A stretch of 63,998 nucleotides of DNA, the filler included, from Stramenopiles sp. TOSAG23-3 (taxonomy: Eukaryota): assembly GCA_900128585.1 (NCBI GenBank). It is 3 parts of 3 records of this genome, joined end to end, with 100 filler letters (N's around TTAATTAATTAA, not from the genome) between each part and the next. Parts side by side here need not be neighbours in the genome. Positions count along the whole stretch, not along the records: positions 43,850 to 63,998 come from LT642382.1; 2 more parts are not named here. The stretch is one strand, 5' to 3'. Positions within the stretch are counted from its first letter, which is position 1. Each line of letters starts with the position of its first letter. The translations under genes were made by a program, and so were the position numbers. The notes beneath the pieces were generated by a model. The model was not told the origin of the DNA, did no database searches, and saw nothing but the letters and a program-made list of their open reading frames with translations. Below are positions 53,495-63,998 of this stretch, piece after piece.

Positions 53495-56400
53495 ATGTAT
53501 CCGATGAACACTGGTGTGCCAGCGCCCACCAATCTAAACGGCGCCGGATACGGTACTTTTCACACCGAACACGGACTTCACGAAGAGCAGTTCCAACAGC
53601 CCTCGGCTGCGTCAATGTCGCACCCGAACAACCTGGTGACGGCCCAAGCCCTTCACCAGCAAGTCCTGATCCAGCAGATGCGCCTTATGCAACAGCGGCA
53701 GGAGTTGGAGCGGCAGATGCTCGAACAACAGTTGCTAGCACAACAGCAGCAGCAACGCCAGCGACAGCAGCAGGAGCAGCGCAGTCTACTCAGCAGCAGC
53801 AACGCAACGATGCACAAAGCGTCTTACTTTTACGACCCGAACGACAACTATTGGAAAGTAAGGGCGACCAACGGCCAAATCGTCGGCGTTTTCTTGTCGG
53901 AGGAGCAGGCGAAACACTTTTTGGAGGAAGCCCATCCGGTCGTAGAAAAACGGGTAAAAGAAAAACGGGTAAAAGAAATCGCGCGCGTGCCGGAATACTT
54001 CCAAATCAAGCAGGCAATGCAAAGCTTGAATCTTACGCGGTCGCAGGTCGCAGAGTATTGCGGTATTCGGGCGAACGTTTTTTCTCGATTCATGAACGGT
54101 AACTCGCAACTTCCCGGGGAAATACCGTCGGTGCGGAAGTGGCTGAAGAAACTCCAAGGGCAAGGACACAACGTTATGTCCAGGGTAGACGCGCAGGCGT
54201 TGGCCGCTCGTAGCGGGACCGTTGTTGGCAGCAAAAACGGAGGCGAACGAGAGAAGCCCCAGCGAAGATCACGCAGAAAGCAACGGGCGGGAAAGAGCAT
54301 ACACGCTTCTGACAATTATAGTTACTCTCCCCGAAAGGATGGGGCAGAAAGCGACGAGGACGTGTCGGCCAAAATTGGCCCGAACCACCAAGCGGACGTT
54401 CCACCGTGGGCGCATGGCCAGGAAAAAACAGTGTCCAACGAGGACGCTGCGACGAACGTTCCCGTCGAAAGACTTATCAGAGACTTCGTTGCCGAGTCAG
54501 AGAATGAAGCAAACCCAATGCACATACTATGGAGCGCGTCCGAAGCCGACAAAGCGTTCAATGCTCACCTGAAAGGGAGCACGCTTGCCACGCAGCAAGA
54601 CAGGTCTCACGCAGAGGCACAAACCAACTCGTATTTGCAAGGAATAGAAAAGGATTTCGGCGGCGACCACGAGCAATGCCTTGCCCATCTGCAGGAGCAG
54701 TTTGTTTACGTCACCGAGAGACCGGAAATGCCAGAAAGCCCCGGGGGAAGCAAGGCCAAGCAGGACGCCTTCGTAGTCCTAAAAAGCCAGTTGGAAAGCA
54801 CAGGCGGGGGCGCCAAGCTGGACGTTCAGTTAAGTTCTAAACGGGCCGAGATGCCAAAGGGCCACCAGTGGCCGGAAGAAGCACGTGTGCACTTCGCTGC
54901 CCTGCTGCACCAGTACGGTCGGGATTTTACCAGGATCGGAAAGGATCTGCGAAGCAAATTCTCCGGCGCGATGGCGAGCAGCGGGCCACCGCCCTCGTAC
55001 TCAAATGCCTTGTTCAGCACAAACGATTGCAGCCGCTATTTTTTTGACGAGTTCACGCGCACTCCGGACTTCGCTGCCTGGATAAGTCACGGAAAACCCC
55101 GGGAAGAAAAAATCATGGAAGACCAAGCGATAACATTGGAGGACTACCGCGACGATGATCACGAAAACGGAACGCACGACGCGGAGTGCATGGTCTGCGG
55201 TGGTATCGGCGAGTTGTTGATGTGCGACACCTGTTCCAACGTCGCCCATTTAGCTTGCAACAGTCCCCCGTTGTCAGCGGTCCCCAAAGGGCAATGGTTT
55301 TGCATGGTATGCAAAAGCGGAAAATCCATCAAGTCGTTGGTGGCCGAATACAGAGAAAAAAGAACACGCGAGTTGAATCTACATAGTTCTTCCTTGACGG
55401 TGTCTCCCTACGACCTGTTTTTTAAGCACAACGAGCCCGCGTTTCGCTCCAAATACGGCACTCGCGATCACTCGGGCGACCTCTTGCAAGAGGCAATCAG
55501 GCAAGAATGGGAAGATCTTAACCGCCGAGACAAGCTTCGCTTCATTACAAAGGCCAACGAAGTGCGCCAGGCTTACAAAGAGGGGGTGGAAAAGGTTAAC
55601 GCAGAGGCAAAGAAATACGAGCGCAAGTTAAGGGTGGCGGACCGGGTCAGTAGCGCAAAAGCCGCAAGGTCGCATTCATCGCACGTTGAAGAAAGAGACG
55701 ATGCCGAATACGACGCGCCGGAAAGCGAGTACAGAGACGCGGAGCAAGATGCGACCAAGGCCATTAAAGAGTGGGGGAAGTACCAGCGGAAGGAGAAGAA
55801 ACGCTTTATTGCGGAACAGTATGGGGTAAAGTACCCGGTCATCCCGTATGGAAAATTTCTGAAAGAGCAAAGCGTCACGGGCTCGTGTACGAAAAAAGAG
55901 GCCTCGTTGCTTTGGAAAAAGTTGCCGGCCGACAAAAAAGCGCAGCGCGGCGAAATGTTTGGACGGGAACTGGTACAGTACAGAAACAAAATCAAGGCAA
56001 TAGAGAAAACGAAGGAGTACAAGAAGTTCGACAGGCGGCTCAACTCAACCACAAGGCTCCAATGGGAGCGGCAGCATTTCGCAGGGAGCGGAAAACGCCC
56101 TCCCGTGGAGAAAGCAAAAAAACGGAAAATGCAAGCTTCTTCGCACGACCACAGCCGCCAGGCCGAAAGTCCGCGCCAATCGAAGAAACACCGTTCCAGA
56201 AAAATAGACGCTTTTACGTTCGACGTTGACTTCTACGGTGCTCAAAATCGCACAGAGCACAACTGCCGACCGGGGAAACGGCAGAAAAAAGCCCCGAAGA
56301 ATCAGCACAAGCAGCACAAGCAGCAGAAGCAACCCGCCGCAAAACTTGTGGAGCCGAACCCGTCCGAAATGAACAAGTTTTGGAGCAAACGACGACGGCA

Positions 56401-57940
56401 GTTGCTGAAAGAGCACATGAAGAAGAGGAATATCATCCATCCCGGGGCACCCTACGTCATGTTTACCCGGGCGAATGCAACACGCGAGGGCGTTGACGGA
56501 AAAGGCACAACGTATGGGCAAAAGGAGCTGCCGAAAATATGGTCGGGAGCGGGAATGAAGGCGGTGTGGACAAAAAAATTCGACGAAGTACTCGAAAACT
56601 ATCGCAAAGACAGGGCCAAATATGAACGCACTTCCCAATACGTGAAGTTCGTAGAACGCGTGGACACAGTTTTAAAAGAGAAAGAGTATTCGAATTTGAA
56701 GAGAAAGTACGCGTTGCAACATTCTATGTACACAGACGAGGGCAAAGGCAAAAAAGTTTCGAAGGCTAGCAAAAGCATGATAGAAGTGGTCGGCATGCAG
56801 GAACGAATGTGGGCTCTTTACCGTAAACGCAAAGTTGCCGCTTTTGAGAAAGCCCACGGTCTAACCCGGCCCGCATCGGCGTACGTGCTCTTTATGTCAG
56901 ATAAGAGGAAAGAGGGCGCAGTGGTTTCAGGATCAGGGCCGGCCGGGGGGATAACCTCCAAAGACATATCAAAAATCTGGAACAAGATGTCCCAGTCAGC
57001 ACGCGGACCATGGATAAAGCGATTCGAACGCATGCAAGACACGTTCAAAACAGACAAAAGCAAGCTGGAAAAGACGAAGACATACAAAACGTTTCTCATC
57101 GATTTGAAAACGTTTCTCATCGATTTGGACACAACTGGTATTAAAAAATGGCAAGCGGAGCAGCAGGGCTTATCCGGACCGACTACGAACCAAACGGAGC
57201 GTCGCGCGGCGAGGCGCCCTTTGAACCAAAATCGAGAACAATTGTCCTCATCGGAAACTGAGAGCGAAGAGAGTAGCAGCGAAGAGAGCAGCAGCGAAGA
57301 GAGCAGCGCCTCCGAGTACGAAGTCGAAAATGTTCATGTGCAAGGCGCCGCAAACCGTCGTTCCAACCAAACCATCAAAGGCGACATCGAGAAACAGTGG
57401 TCAAAAATTCGAGCCCAAAAAATGCGCGATTACATGAAAGCTGCGGACGTTCGAAGGCCATGCGCGCCCTTTCTCCGCTTTTACATGGGGAAGGCAAAAG
57501 CGGAGCGTGAACAAGCAGCAAAGGAAGGACGCGCGAAGAAACCATTGGACAGGAAGCGCATGGCGGCTGAGTTCGATTCGCTCGATCTTAAGGTAAAGAA
57601 TGGATTGATAGCACAGTACGAGGTGGAGCTGGGAGAGTACTACGATGCCCAGAAGAAGTTGAAATCGTCCAAAAAGTATGCTCAGTACGTTTCCAAGCTG
57701 GAAAGAGAAAAGAAAACCTTCCTTGCAAAGCAGCAGCGCCTCCAGGCCCCAAGGCAAAACCACCGCCAAACGACTTCTGCCATTGCACCGTACCCACCGC
57801 GCCCCAACTTCAGTGGATATGCTTCCATCGACAGAAGGCATAGCATAGTTCCGCAACAAACTATCAACCCTTCAGCAGTTCAACAACGAAACATCAATTA
57901 CGAAAACGTCCAATTTGGTAAAGGGGAAATCATGCTTTGA
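53495..57940 (+). CDS. Large chromatin protein: Q-rich region, HTH, ELM2-SANT, PHD finger and ~5 HMG-box-like repeats
   Basis: LTRSQVAEYCGIRANVFSRFMNG (XRE-type HTH); KIGPNHQADVP (ELM2); WPEE..HFAALLHQYGRDFTRI (SANT); CMVC..LLMCDTC..HLAC..PKGQWFCMVC (PHD); repeated P.S/APY.LF...W HMG motifs. ATG at 53495. Confidence 0.85.
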   Translation: MYPMNTGVPAPTNLNGAGYGTFHTEHGLHEEQFQQPSAASMSHPNNLVTAQALHQQVLIQQMRLMQQRQELERQMLEQQLLAQQQQQRQRQQQEQRSLLSSSNATMHKASYFYDPNDNYWKVRATNGQIVGVFLSEEQAKHFLEEAHPVVEKRVKEKRVKEIARVPEYFQIKQAMQSLNLTRSQVAEYCGIRANVFSRFMNGNSQLPGEIPSVRKWLKKLQGQGHNVMSRVDAQALAARSGTVVGSKNGGEREKPQRRSRRKQRAGKSIHASDNYSYSPRKDGAESDEDVSAKIGPNHQADVPPWAHGQEKTVSNEDAATNVPVERLIRDFVAESENEANPMHILWSASEADKAFNAHLKGSTLATQQDRSHAEAQTNSYLQGIEKDFGGDHEQCLAHLQEQFVYVTERPEMPESPGGSKAKQDAFVVLKSQLESTGGGAKLDVQLSSKRAEMPKGHQWPEEARVHFAALLHQYGRDFTRIGKDLRSKFSGAMASSGPPPSYSNALFSTNDCSRYFFDEFTRTPDFAAWISHGKPREEKIMEDQAITLEDYRDDDHENGTHDAECMVCGGIGELLMCDTCSNVAHLACNSPPLSAVPKGQWFCMVCKSGKSIKSLVAEYREKRTRELNLHSSSLTVSPYDLFFKHNEPAFRSKYGTRDHSGDLLQEAIRQEWEDLNRRDKLRFITKANEVRQAYKEGVEKVNAEAKKYERKLRVADRVSSAKAARSHSSHVEERDDAEYDAPESEYRDAEQDATKAIKEWGKYQRKEKKRFIAEQYGVKYPVIPYGKFLKEQSVTGSCTKKEASLLWKKLPADKKAQRGEMFGRELVQYRNKIKAIEKTKEYKKFDRRLNSTTRLQWERQHFAGSGKRPPVEKAKKRKMQASSHDHSRQAESPRQSKKHRSRKIDAFTFDVDFYGAQNRTEHNCRPGKRQKKAPKNQHKQHKQQKQPAAKLVEPNPSEMNKFWSKRRRQLLKEHMKKRNIIHPGAPYVMFTRANATREGVDGKGTTYGQKELPKIWSGAGMKAVWTKKFDEVLENYRKDRAKYERTSQYVKFVERVDTVLKEKEYSNLKRKYALQHSMYTDEGKGKKVSKASKSMIEVVGMQERMWALYRKRKVAAFEKAHGLTRPASAYVLFMSDKRKEGAVVSGSGPAGGITSKDISKIWNKMSQSARGPWIKRFERMQDTFKTDKSKLEKTKTYKTFLIDLKTFLIDLDTTGIKKWQAEQQGLSGPTTNQTERRAARRPLNQNREQLSSSETESEESSSEESSSEESSASEYEVENVHVQGAANRRSNQTIKGDIEKQWSKIRAQKMRDYMKAADVRRPCAPFLRFYMGKAKAEREQAAKEGRAKKPLDRKRMAAEFDSLDLKVKNGLIAQYEVELGEYYDAQKKLKSSKKYAQYVSKLEREKKTFLAKQQRLQAPRQNHRQTTSAIAPYPPRPNFSGYASIDRRHSIVPQQTINPSAVQQRNINYENVQFGKGEIML

Positions 57941-58482
57941 ATGAAGGTGTATAAAAGTCCGAAATAAGACTACTTGGTGGTATTTTATTTGCATTTAAAC
58001 AATTACACTTCTACTTTCATACATCTAATATATAAATATAGTTGATAAAAAATACCAGTACCTGGTGCGGTATTTTACCCGTACCTGGTACATAATACCA
58101 TAATAGTCTTGTCTAGCAGAAACTCCGCAGGTCGCACATCGCACACAACAGGTTTTCTTTTTTTCTTTTTCTTCCTTTCTTCTTCTTCTTTCTTTCTTCT
58201 TTCTTTCTTTCTTGTTGGACTACTACCACCACCAGGTATAATACTAACAACTACCGCCGGCGGCGGTGGTGTGAAAATAATAAAATTTTAGTTTCTACTA
58301 CCTCCTACTCTTGTTGTCTTAAAAAGCAAAGCAAAAGACAAACCCCCGAAAGGTATTGAATAGGCAATTGTTCCAGAGTTTAAAACGTTGCGTTTTGTTG
58401 CCCCGAATTCATGTGTATATTTGTTTACTTATATATATTAATTCTTGCAGCACGTTCCTTTGTATAGTTGGTCTTTTCACAA

Positions 58483-59352
58483 ATGTCTTCCCGGCGGTTT
58501 CGCAGTCGTTCTCGCTCTCGAACACCACCACGGCGTGACATATGGTATTTCCACGAGCCCAACGGGCAGAACCTGCCCAACAATGACGTTCGAAACAGAA
58601 GAACGGTGATATTGTCGAATATTGTGGTCAAAGCAGGCACGGTAGATGTCCTCCACTTTTTTGAAAAAGCCGCCAGCTGCCGTGTTTACGATCTGGCGTT
58701 CCTTCGCCACCGACGTAGAAACAGCGAGTCCAAAGGCGTCTGCTACGTTGAATTTTCAAACGACGAAGACGTGCTGAAGGCCGTGGCATTAAATGGAACA
58801 AAGTTTGTGTTTGCAAACGGACATGTTGGGTTGCCGTGCAGTGTAGAAAGGTGCAAGCACCAAGCAGCCCCCGAACCCCGAAGTCCAAACAGCGGAAGCA
58901 CTTCGTCCAACCCTGCCACAGGCATAGAAAAACAAATGAGGACAGTTATCCTGAAGAACGTCGATCCGTCCGTCGACGATACGGATTTGAAGAAAATTTT
59001 TGCATCGATAGGAACCATAATTAGTATAAAAATGCAGAACGAGAGCAACTCGGGCGAGATTCTCTTCGGCGCGCCGAAAGAAGCGGAAACTGCAGTCAAG
59101 CAACTGAATGGATTGCCCCTTTGCGGCAAACCTCTCACCTTATCACTTGCGGGCGGGATGGACGGCAGTGATGAATTCTACCACCGCCCAAGAAACCAAA
59201 AAAAGGGTGCGAAGACAAAGGGCGAGGATGGTGTCTCATCAGCTATGGACTGGAACCTTGAGGACAAAAATTATGGAAGAACTGGGGGTTACAAACTTAC
59301 TGCTGCACGAAGGACCCAAATGATGAAAAACATGATGAAAGACGAACAGTAA
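58483..59352 (+). CDS. RS + two-RRM splicing factor, RBM39/RBM23-like
   Basis: RSRSRSR; RRTVILSNI..SKGVCYVEF..VLKAVALNG; second RRM ending AVKQLNGLPLCGKPL; linker-like GGYKLTAARRTQMM. ATG at 58483. Confidence 0.75.
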   Translation: MSSRRFRSRSRSRTPPRRDIWYFHEPNGQNLPNNDVRNRRTVILSNIVVKAGTVDVLHFFEKAASCRVYDLAFLRHRRRNSESKGVCYVEFSNDEDVLKAVALNGTKFVFANGHVGLPCSVERCKHQAAPEPRSPNSGSTSSNPATGIEKQMRTVILKNVDPSVDDTDLKKIFASIGTIISIKMQNESNSGEILFGAPKEAETAVKQLNGLPLCGKPLTLSLAGGMDGSDEFYHRPRNQKKGAKTKGEDGVSSAMDWNLEDKNYGRTGGYKLTAARRTQMMKNMMKDEQ

Positions 59353-59708
59353 CGTGTGTATATGCGGTTACACAATCAATCAATAAATAATATTCTTCTT
59401 CTACTAAATAATCTCTCTATTCTTCCCCTCTAGGTACCTGTACCTCCTCCTGCTGGTACGGGTTCTTCTATATTACTTTAGTAGTAAATACAATAATAAT
59501 ATAAATAATAAATATTATTATTACTGATGATGATGAATGGACACCACCACCACCACGCCAAATATATAAAAACAACCATTCGTTCTCTTAACAGAACAAT
59601 GGATTACCGCAGGTGAAGTTACCTATTTGAAAAGATTGCAGGCTATTGTTGATTTATTCTCACCGCACTCCCTTCTGCTTCTTTGGAACTACGAACTGTG
59701 CCACGACC

Positions 59709-61277
59709 ATGGAGGTCGCAGTGGCGGATGGTGCGAAAAAGCGAAAGGTAGGCGAGCTTTTGGGCGGCACTTACGAAGAAAGCGAGGAGGAAGACGAACA
59801 GTCGCAGGAAGATCTAGCCGCCCAGTTTATAGTAGAAACAATATCGAGCGCTTACATTTTGGGGTCTACGTTGTTGATTGAAACGGCAAACGAGCCCGCA
59901 GACAAGGCGGCGTTCGTAACGGCGTGCGCGGACTCCGTCAAAGCCGCTCTGGTTGCGTACGGGATACCGTTCGAGGAAGTTTCCTCCTCAACCAAAACTG
60001 CAACCGCAACGGGCAGCGAAACATTTGTCGTCGTCGGCGGCAAGCCGACGGCTGAGCGGATAGCTGCCGTTCGACCCGGGGGCATGTTATCGGTTTTCTC
60101 GTTTTACGAAACTGCAGACCTAAAGCCTACACTGGCCAAGTTTTCCGAGGAAGGTTCGTGGAGGGTAAAACGCGTGATGGACCACTTGTTTCACCACGTG
60201 GAACTGATCCGCAAGACTGCAGTGACCGTCAACGCTTCGCAGGCAGGGGACCTCTTTTTGGACCGCCCAGTGCGTTTGCGCGGAGATTCGGGCATGAAGT
60301 ACAACGAACTGGACAATCTGCGACGGGTCACTGTCCCTTTGACGCTCGAAGAGGTTAAAGCGGGAGAGCTTTCGGAAGCTTCCCACGCGCGTGCAGTGGA
60401 GACGGTCCTTCAACACGGCATGTGCGTCATCCCGTCCCTGTTCAAAGCGAAAGAGGTGTCCCATTGGGGGAAACAAGCCTGCTTAGATTTTGAAAGCATT
60501 TGCAGCGCCGTGAAATCTAACTACGACGGCTTCGATTTGATACACGGAGAGGACGCAGGGGACAAGTTGCCATCCAACTTTTTGGAAATAAGCACGAGGG
60601 AGGCCAAGCGGTTTGACATCCGAGGGGGACCACGCATTGGAGAGGCCAACGCAGCGGCGGATTCGGACGACAAGCACACGACACTGTCACGGAAGCACCC
60701 CTCGATAGTTCGAATCGTTAAAGATTTGTTCAACCCATACGGGGAGCACTGGAAAGGGAATTGGGGAAAGTACAACTTTGAAGGTGGGGGTGTGGGTTCA
60801 GCCCCGGAACCAGCGATCAGCAACATCGGTGCAGTCGTGTCGGTGCCTGGAAGCAACGTGCAAAAAATCCATGCCGACACCCCGCACCTGTTTGAAGATA
60901 CGCACCTGTGCCCGCACTACGTGAACTGCTTTTTGCCCGTTGTTGCGGACCCCAACGACCTTTCCGTGGGCCAGACCGGGTTTATTTTAGGAACGCACAG
61001 GCTCCAGGTCGCGGAGAGCATAGTAAACGAGATCGAAAACACCGCAGCAGACCCTTCGACACCGTCCGACTCGGACATTTTGGAAAGTCGCCTCTGCCGT
61101 CCCCATGTTCAAACTGGGGATTGCATTCTCTTCGACACCCGCGTGTGGCATTTTGGAATGGCAAACAAGAGTAACTCAACAAGACGGGCCGTCCTGTACA
61201 TAAACTACACTCAGCACTGGTTCGCACGGCAAAGGACCGATAAAAACTGGGGAAAACAATCGGTCTTTAAAAAGTAA
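59709..61277 (+). CDS. Phytanoyl-CoA dioxygenase (PhyH)-like 2OG-Fe(II) oxygenase with an N-terminal extension
   Basis: VSVPGSNVQKIHADTPHLF (HxD), GTH, GDCILFDTRVWHFGMANKS..RRAVLY. ATG at 59709. Confidence 0.88.
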   Translation: MEVAVADGAKKRKVGELLGGTYEESEEEDEQSQEDLAAQFIVETISSAYILGSTLLIETANEPADKAAFVTACADSVKAALVAYGIPFEEVSSSTKTATATGSETFVVVGGKPTAERIAAVRPGGMLSVFSFYETADLKPTLAKFSEEGSWRVKRVMDHLFHHVELIRKTAVTVNASQAGDLFLDRPVRLRGDSGMKYNELDNLRRVTVPLTLEEVKAGELSEASHARAVETVLQHGMCVIPSLFKAKEVSHWGKQACLDFESICSAVKSNYDGFDLIHGEDAGDKLPSNFLEISTREAKRFDIRGGPRIGEANAAADSDDKHTTLSRKHPSIVRIVKDLFNPYGEHWKGNWGKYNFEGGGVGSAPEPAISNIGAVVSVPGSNVQKIHADTPHLFEDTHLCPHYVNCFLPVVADPNDLSVGQTGFILGTHRLQVAESIVNEIENTAADPSTPSDSDILESRLCRPHVQTGDCILFDTRVWHFGMANKSNSTRRAVLYINYTQHWFARQRTDKNWGKQSVFKK

Positions 61278-61650
61278 AAATGGAAAAAAAGATAACTCTA
61301 CAAAATCTGTACGCATATATTTTCTCTAAATGATTTTCATTTGAACAAAACGTTTTTATTTTCGATAATATTATTATATTAGTGTCGTCTATAATTAAAA
61401 TATATTTTTTTATTATTATTTTTTAAAGATTATTCTCTATAAAATTATTTTATTATTTTTTTATAATAAAAAATTATTATTTTTTTATATCCTTCATTAA
61501 CCCTAATCATAACCATATTGTGACTTCTCTTCTAGTTTGTCTCTTATCTCTCATTTCTCATTTCTCAGCTCACCTTTCTATTATCATACCATTGTATTAT
61601 ATAATAATAGCATAGGATTCTAATTCATAAATTCAAAAAATTATTCAAAT

Positions 61651-61723
61651 TCTTTCTTCTTCTTCTTTCTTCTTCTTCTTCTTCTTCTTTCATCTTCTTT
61701 CTTTCTTTCTTCTTCTTCTTCTT
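61651..61723. repeat. (TTC)n-rich simple repeat
   Basis: Seen directly; similar tracts near 48905-48955 and 62230-62258. Confidence 0.85.
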
Positions 61724-62528
61724 AATTTAAGCTTAGCTAAGCAAAGCAAAGCAAAGCAAAGCGAAGCTGGAGAGAGAGAGAGACAAGAGAAGCAATTTCT
61801 ATTTAAGGAAATGTGTATATAGAGATAACTATAGAAGACCATTTTGAATAGATAAAGCTATTGTAGATATAAGTATTTAGATGATTTATTATAAATGATA
61901 TTTAATAATAAAGAAATAGAATTAAAAAAAGTGATAAAATATACAAATTGTATATAAACATAGCATATATAAGTATTATAATATATATATCCTTAATTTT
62001 AGATGGATGATTTTGTACTTTCTTCAGTCCGAAGAAGTAAAAGAAAGTAAAACAAACCAAACAATATAGGAATAGTATAGGAATTCGATTCAAAAGAAAG
62101 AAAGAAAGAAAGAAGAAAAAAGAAGAGATGATATTTCATCAAATAATTACTATTTTATGTATTGAATACAAGGGAATACAATAAGAATAAATTTTGAAAA
62201 ATTTAGGAAAGAAGAAGAAGTCTTTTTTTTTCTTTCTTCTTCTTCTTCTTCTTCTTCTCTGTAAGTAATAATAAAGAAAGAAAGAATTTTATTTCAAATT
62301 AATTTTCAAATGAATGAATGACTAATGATATGATGTATATAAAGAATTTGAAAGAAAGAAAGACAACGGTACTTTTGTATATCTATCTATCTATCTATAT
62401 ATCTACGGGTTGTTCGTTTCGTTTTTTATACATTGTCAGCCCGTTCGTTCGTTCGCTCTCTTTTCCTTGAGTAGCAGCAGCAGTAGTAGTAAATATACAT
62501 TCGACGAGATCACATACTATAGACGACG

Positions 62529-63542
62529 ATGGGTGTTGAAGTCTTTCGCGCCCCCCTTTATCGACGGTTCCTTGCCGATAGACTTACGTGTGGGTACGTG
62601 CTCGCGCTGTTGTTTCAGGTAACCGTAGTAATCTTGCCGTTCTTCCTTGCGTACACGTCGGAAGGGTTTTGGATGAAATCGAATACTTTCCGGGAAATGC
62701 CCAAGGTCTCGTTCCAGTACCAGGCAATGATGTCCGCTGGCATAAAGTCCTCCGACGCGAACGACGTAGAAATTCAAAAGGTGAGCTACGCGCTCAAGCA
62801 TGAATCCCTGGAGCTTTTGGAGGAGAGCATGCGGATACCGAAAATTCGGTACTGGAAGGACGACGCCAACCTGGACGGCTTCCCGGAGAAACTCCATTTA
62901 GACGTGGAGCTCCCGTTGAAAACCACGGAGGCGGTCTACTCGCTGGACGCACTCTTTGTCTTCCAGCTGGAGCTGAGCAAGCGCTCGAAGATCCGGGTCG
63001 AGGCGCCCGTCGTCGTGCAGCACGAAAGTGCCTTTCCGGGGGAGTCGCTGTACACCAACGGCGTTCTCACGTTTGTACAGCGCGAGCCTTTGTCCGTCCG
63101 GGGCGGTTTTAGAGAACCGTACTCGAACTCACCATTGTTAGGGAATAGCATCAAAACCGACGCCAACGTGCAAGTTCCGCATTTGTCCGTGACGGAACTT
63201 TCCATGCCATTCTTAATCGAAAAGATACAGGGCCGCAATTACACGACGTACTTGCAGAACACGATGTCTAGCTGGGGCCCACGCCCGGAGGGGGTCACGC
63301 CGTTGACCGGCGCTAGGCCATTTAAATTTAGTGTTGTCGTCAACGTGCCAGAGCAGACAGTCTTGTACTTACCATCCCTGTCTGAAATGTTGAAATTTGC
63401 GTTCGTTCAGTACTTGGCGATGGCCTTCATCGTATACCATTTATGCTGGTACGCAATCGAATTCGTTTTTGCTTATCAAGTCGTTGAGACGACGAGTAGA
63501 ATGGATACACAATATTATGGACCGAAAGTTCATCGGTTTTAA
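62529..63542 (+). CDS. TMEM231: Ciliary transition-zone protein TMEM231
   Basis: PFFLAYTSEGFWMK..FREMPKVSFQY, DDANLDG, GVLTFVQREPL, EMLKFAFVQYLA, FVFAYQVVET match TMEM231. Confidence 0.9.
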   Translation: MGVEVFRAPLYRRFLADRLTCGYVLALLFQVTVVILPFFLAYTSEGFWMKSNTFREMPKVSFQYQAMMSAGIKSSDANDVEIQKVSYALKHESLELLEESMRIPKIRYWKDDANLDGFPEKLHLDVELPLKTTEAVYSLDALFVFQLELSKRSKIRVEAPVVVQHESAFPGESLYTNGVLTFVQREPLSVRGGFREPYSNSPLLGNSIKTDANVQVPHLSVTELSMPFLIEKIQGRNYTTYLQNTMSSWGPRPEGVTPLTGARPFKFSVVVNVPEQTVLYLPSLSEMLKFAFVQYLAMAFIVYHLCWYAIEFVFAYQVVETTSRMDTQYYGPKVHRF

Positions 63543-63998
63543 AAATATACATTTCCTTGAATGGTAGTAAAATAAGTTTCTAAAGTGTTTGTTATTATAT
63601 CATAGTTAAATCATTCTTCCTCCTCCTCTCCTCCTCCCTCCGTCCTCCGTCCATCATCATCATCTCTTCGTTCTACTAAATAAAATATTTCCATTTTTTA
63701 AAATTATTCAGCGCGTTAGTCATATTTCTCATCCATGTATCGCGGTACTTGTAGTATCTAATACTGGTAAAATATATACAAAACTGTATTGCCCATGAAA
63801 ATGTTGCTGTTGTTTGCGATGTGCGTTATTTAATGCAACGAAACATTGCGAAAAGTATAAGAATATTTCAGCGGTGCAGGTTGGTTTATACCATCACCAA
63901 TTGAATTGTAAATAGAGAGAGAGAGGAACTCATATTCACTTGGGCGGGGTTATTTTTTTCCGTTCGTGCAGGCATGGCAACCAACACAAACATTAGGG

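Noticed and set aside
53200-54102. 300-aa overlapping plus-strand ORF
   Set aside because: Non-ATG start and an alternative frame of the CAG-rich part of the chromatin gene; no motif.

Overview
Gene-dense, nearly intron-free nuclear DNA from a microbial eukaryote. The genes are about 45-55% GC by eye and are separated by very AT-rich, microsatellite-laden spacers. TMEM231 implies a flagellated organism, and a stramenopile-like protist is my inference. The window is a pseudo-scaffold: two artificial N44-TTAATTAATTAA-N44 linkers (21871-21970, 43750-43849) join three unrelated pieces, and there are three further N gaps. About 30 protein-coding loci are recognisable, including RRP1, an auxilin-like DIX+J protein, cathepsin B, a bacterial-type glycoside hydrolase, a 3R-MYB, a pepsin-like protein, ABCG, EI24, a FAIM+PX protein, MPDU1, a HAD hydrolase, a PHD/HMG chromatin protein, an RBM39-like protein, PhyH and TMEM231. 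The most interesting gene is a dynamin-family GTPase with a mitochondrial-type presequence and no transmembrane segment (41083-43404), a candidate for the matrix-targeted MidX group shared by some protists and giant viruses. Two genes are frameshifted exactly where a short conserved segment is missing, and there are two head-to-head junctions of 5'-truncated genes; these are either amplification/assembly artefacts or real rearrangements. The spacers hold two dispersed repeat families, two MITE-like foldbacks, perfect hairpins and three recurrent motifs. I found no tRNA, rRNA or CRISPR. All assignments come from reading motifs by eye, without database searches.
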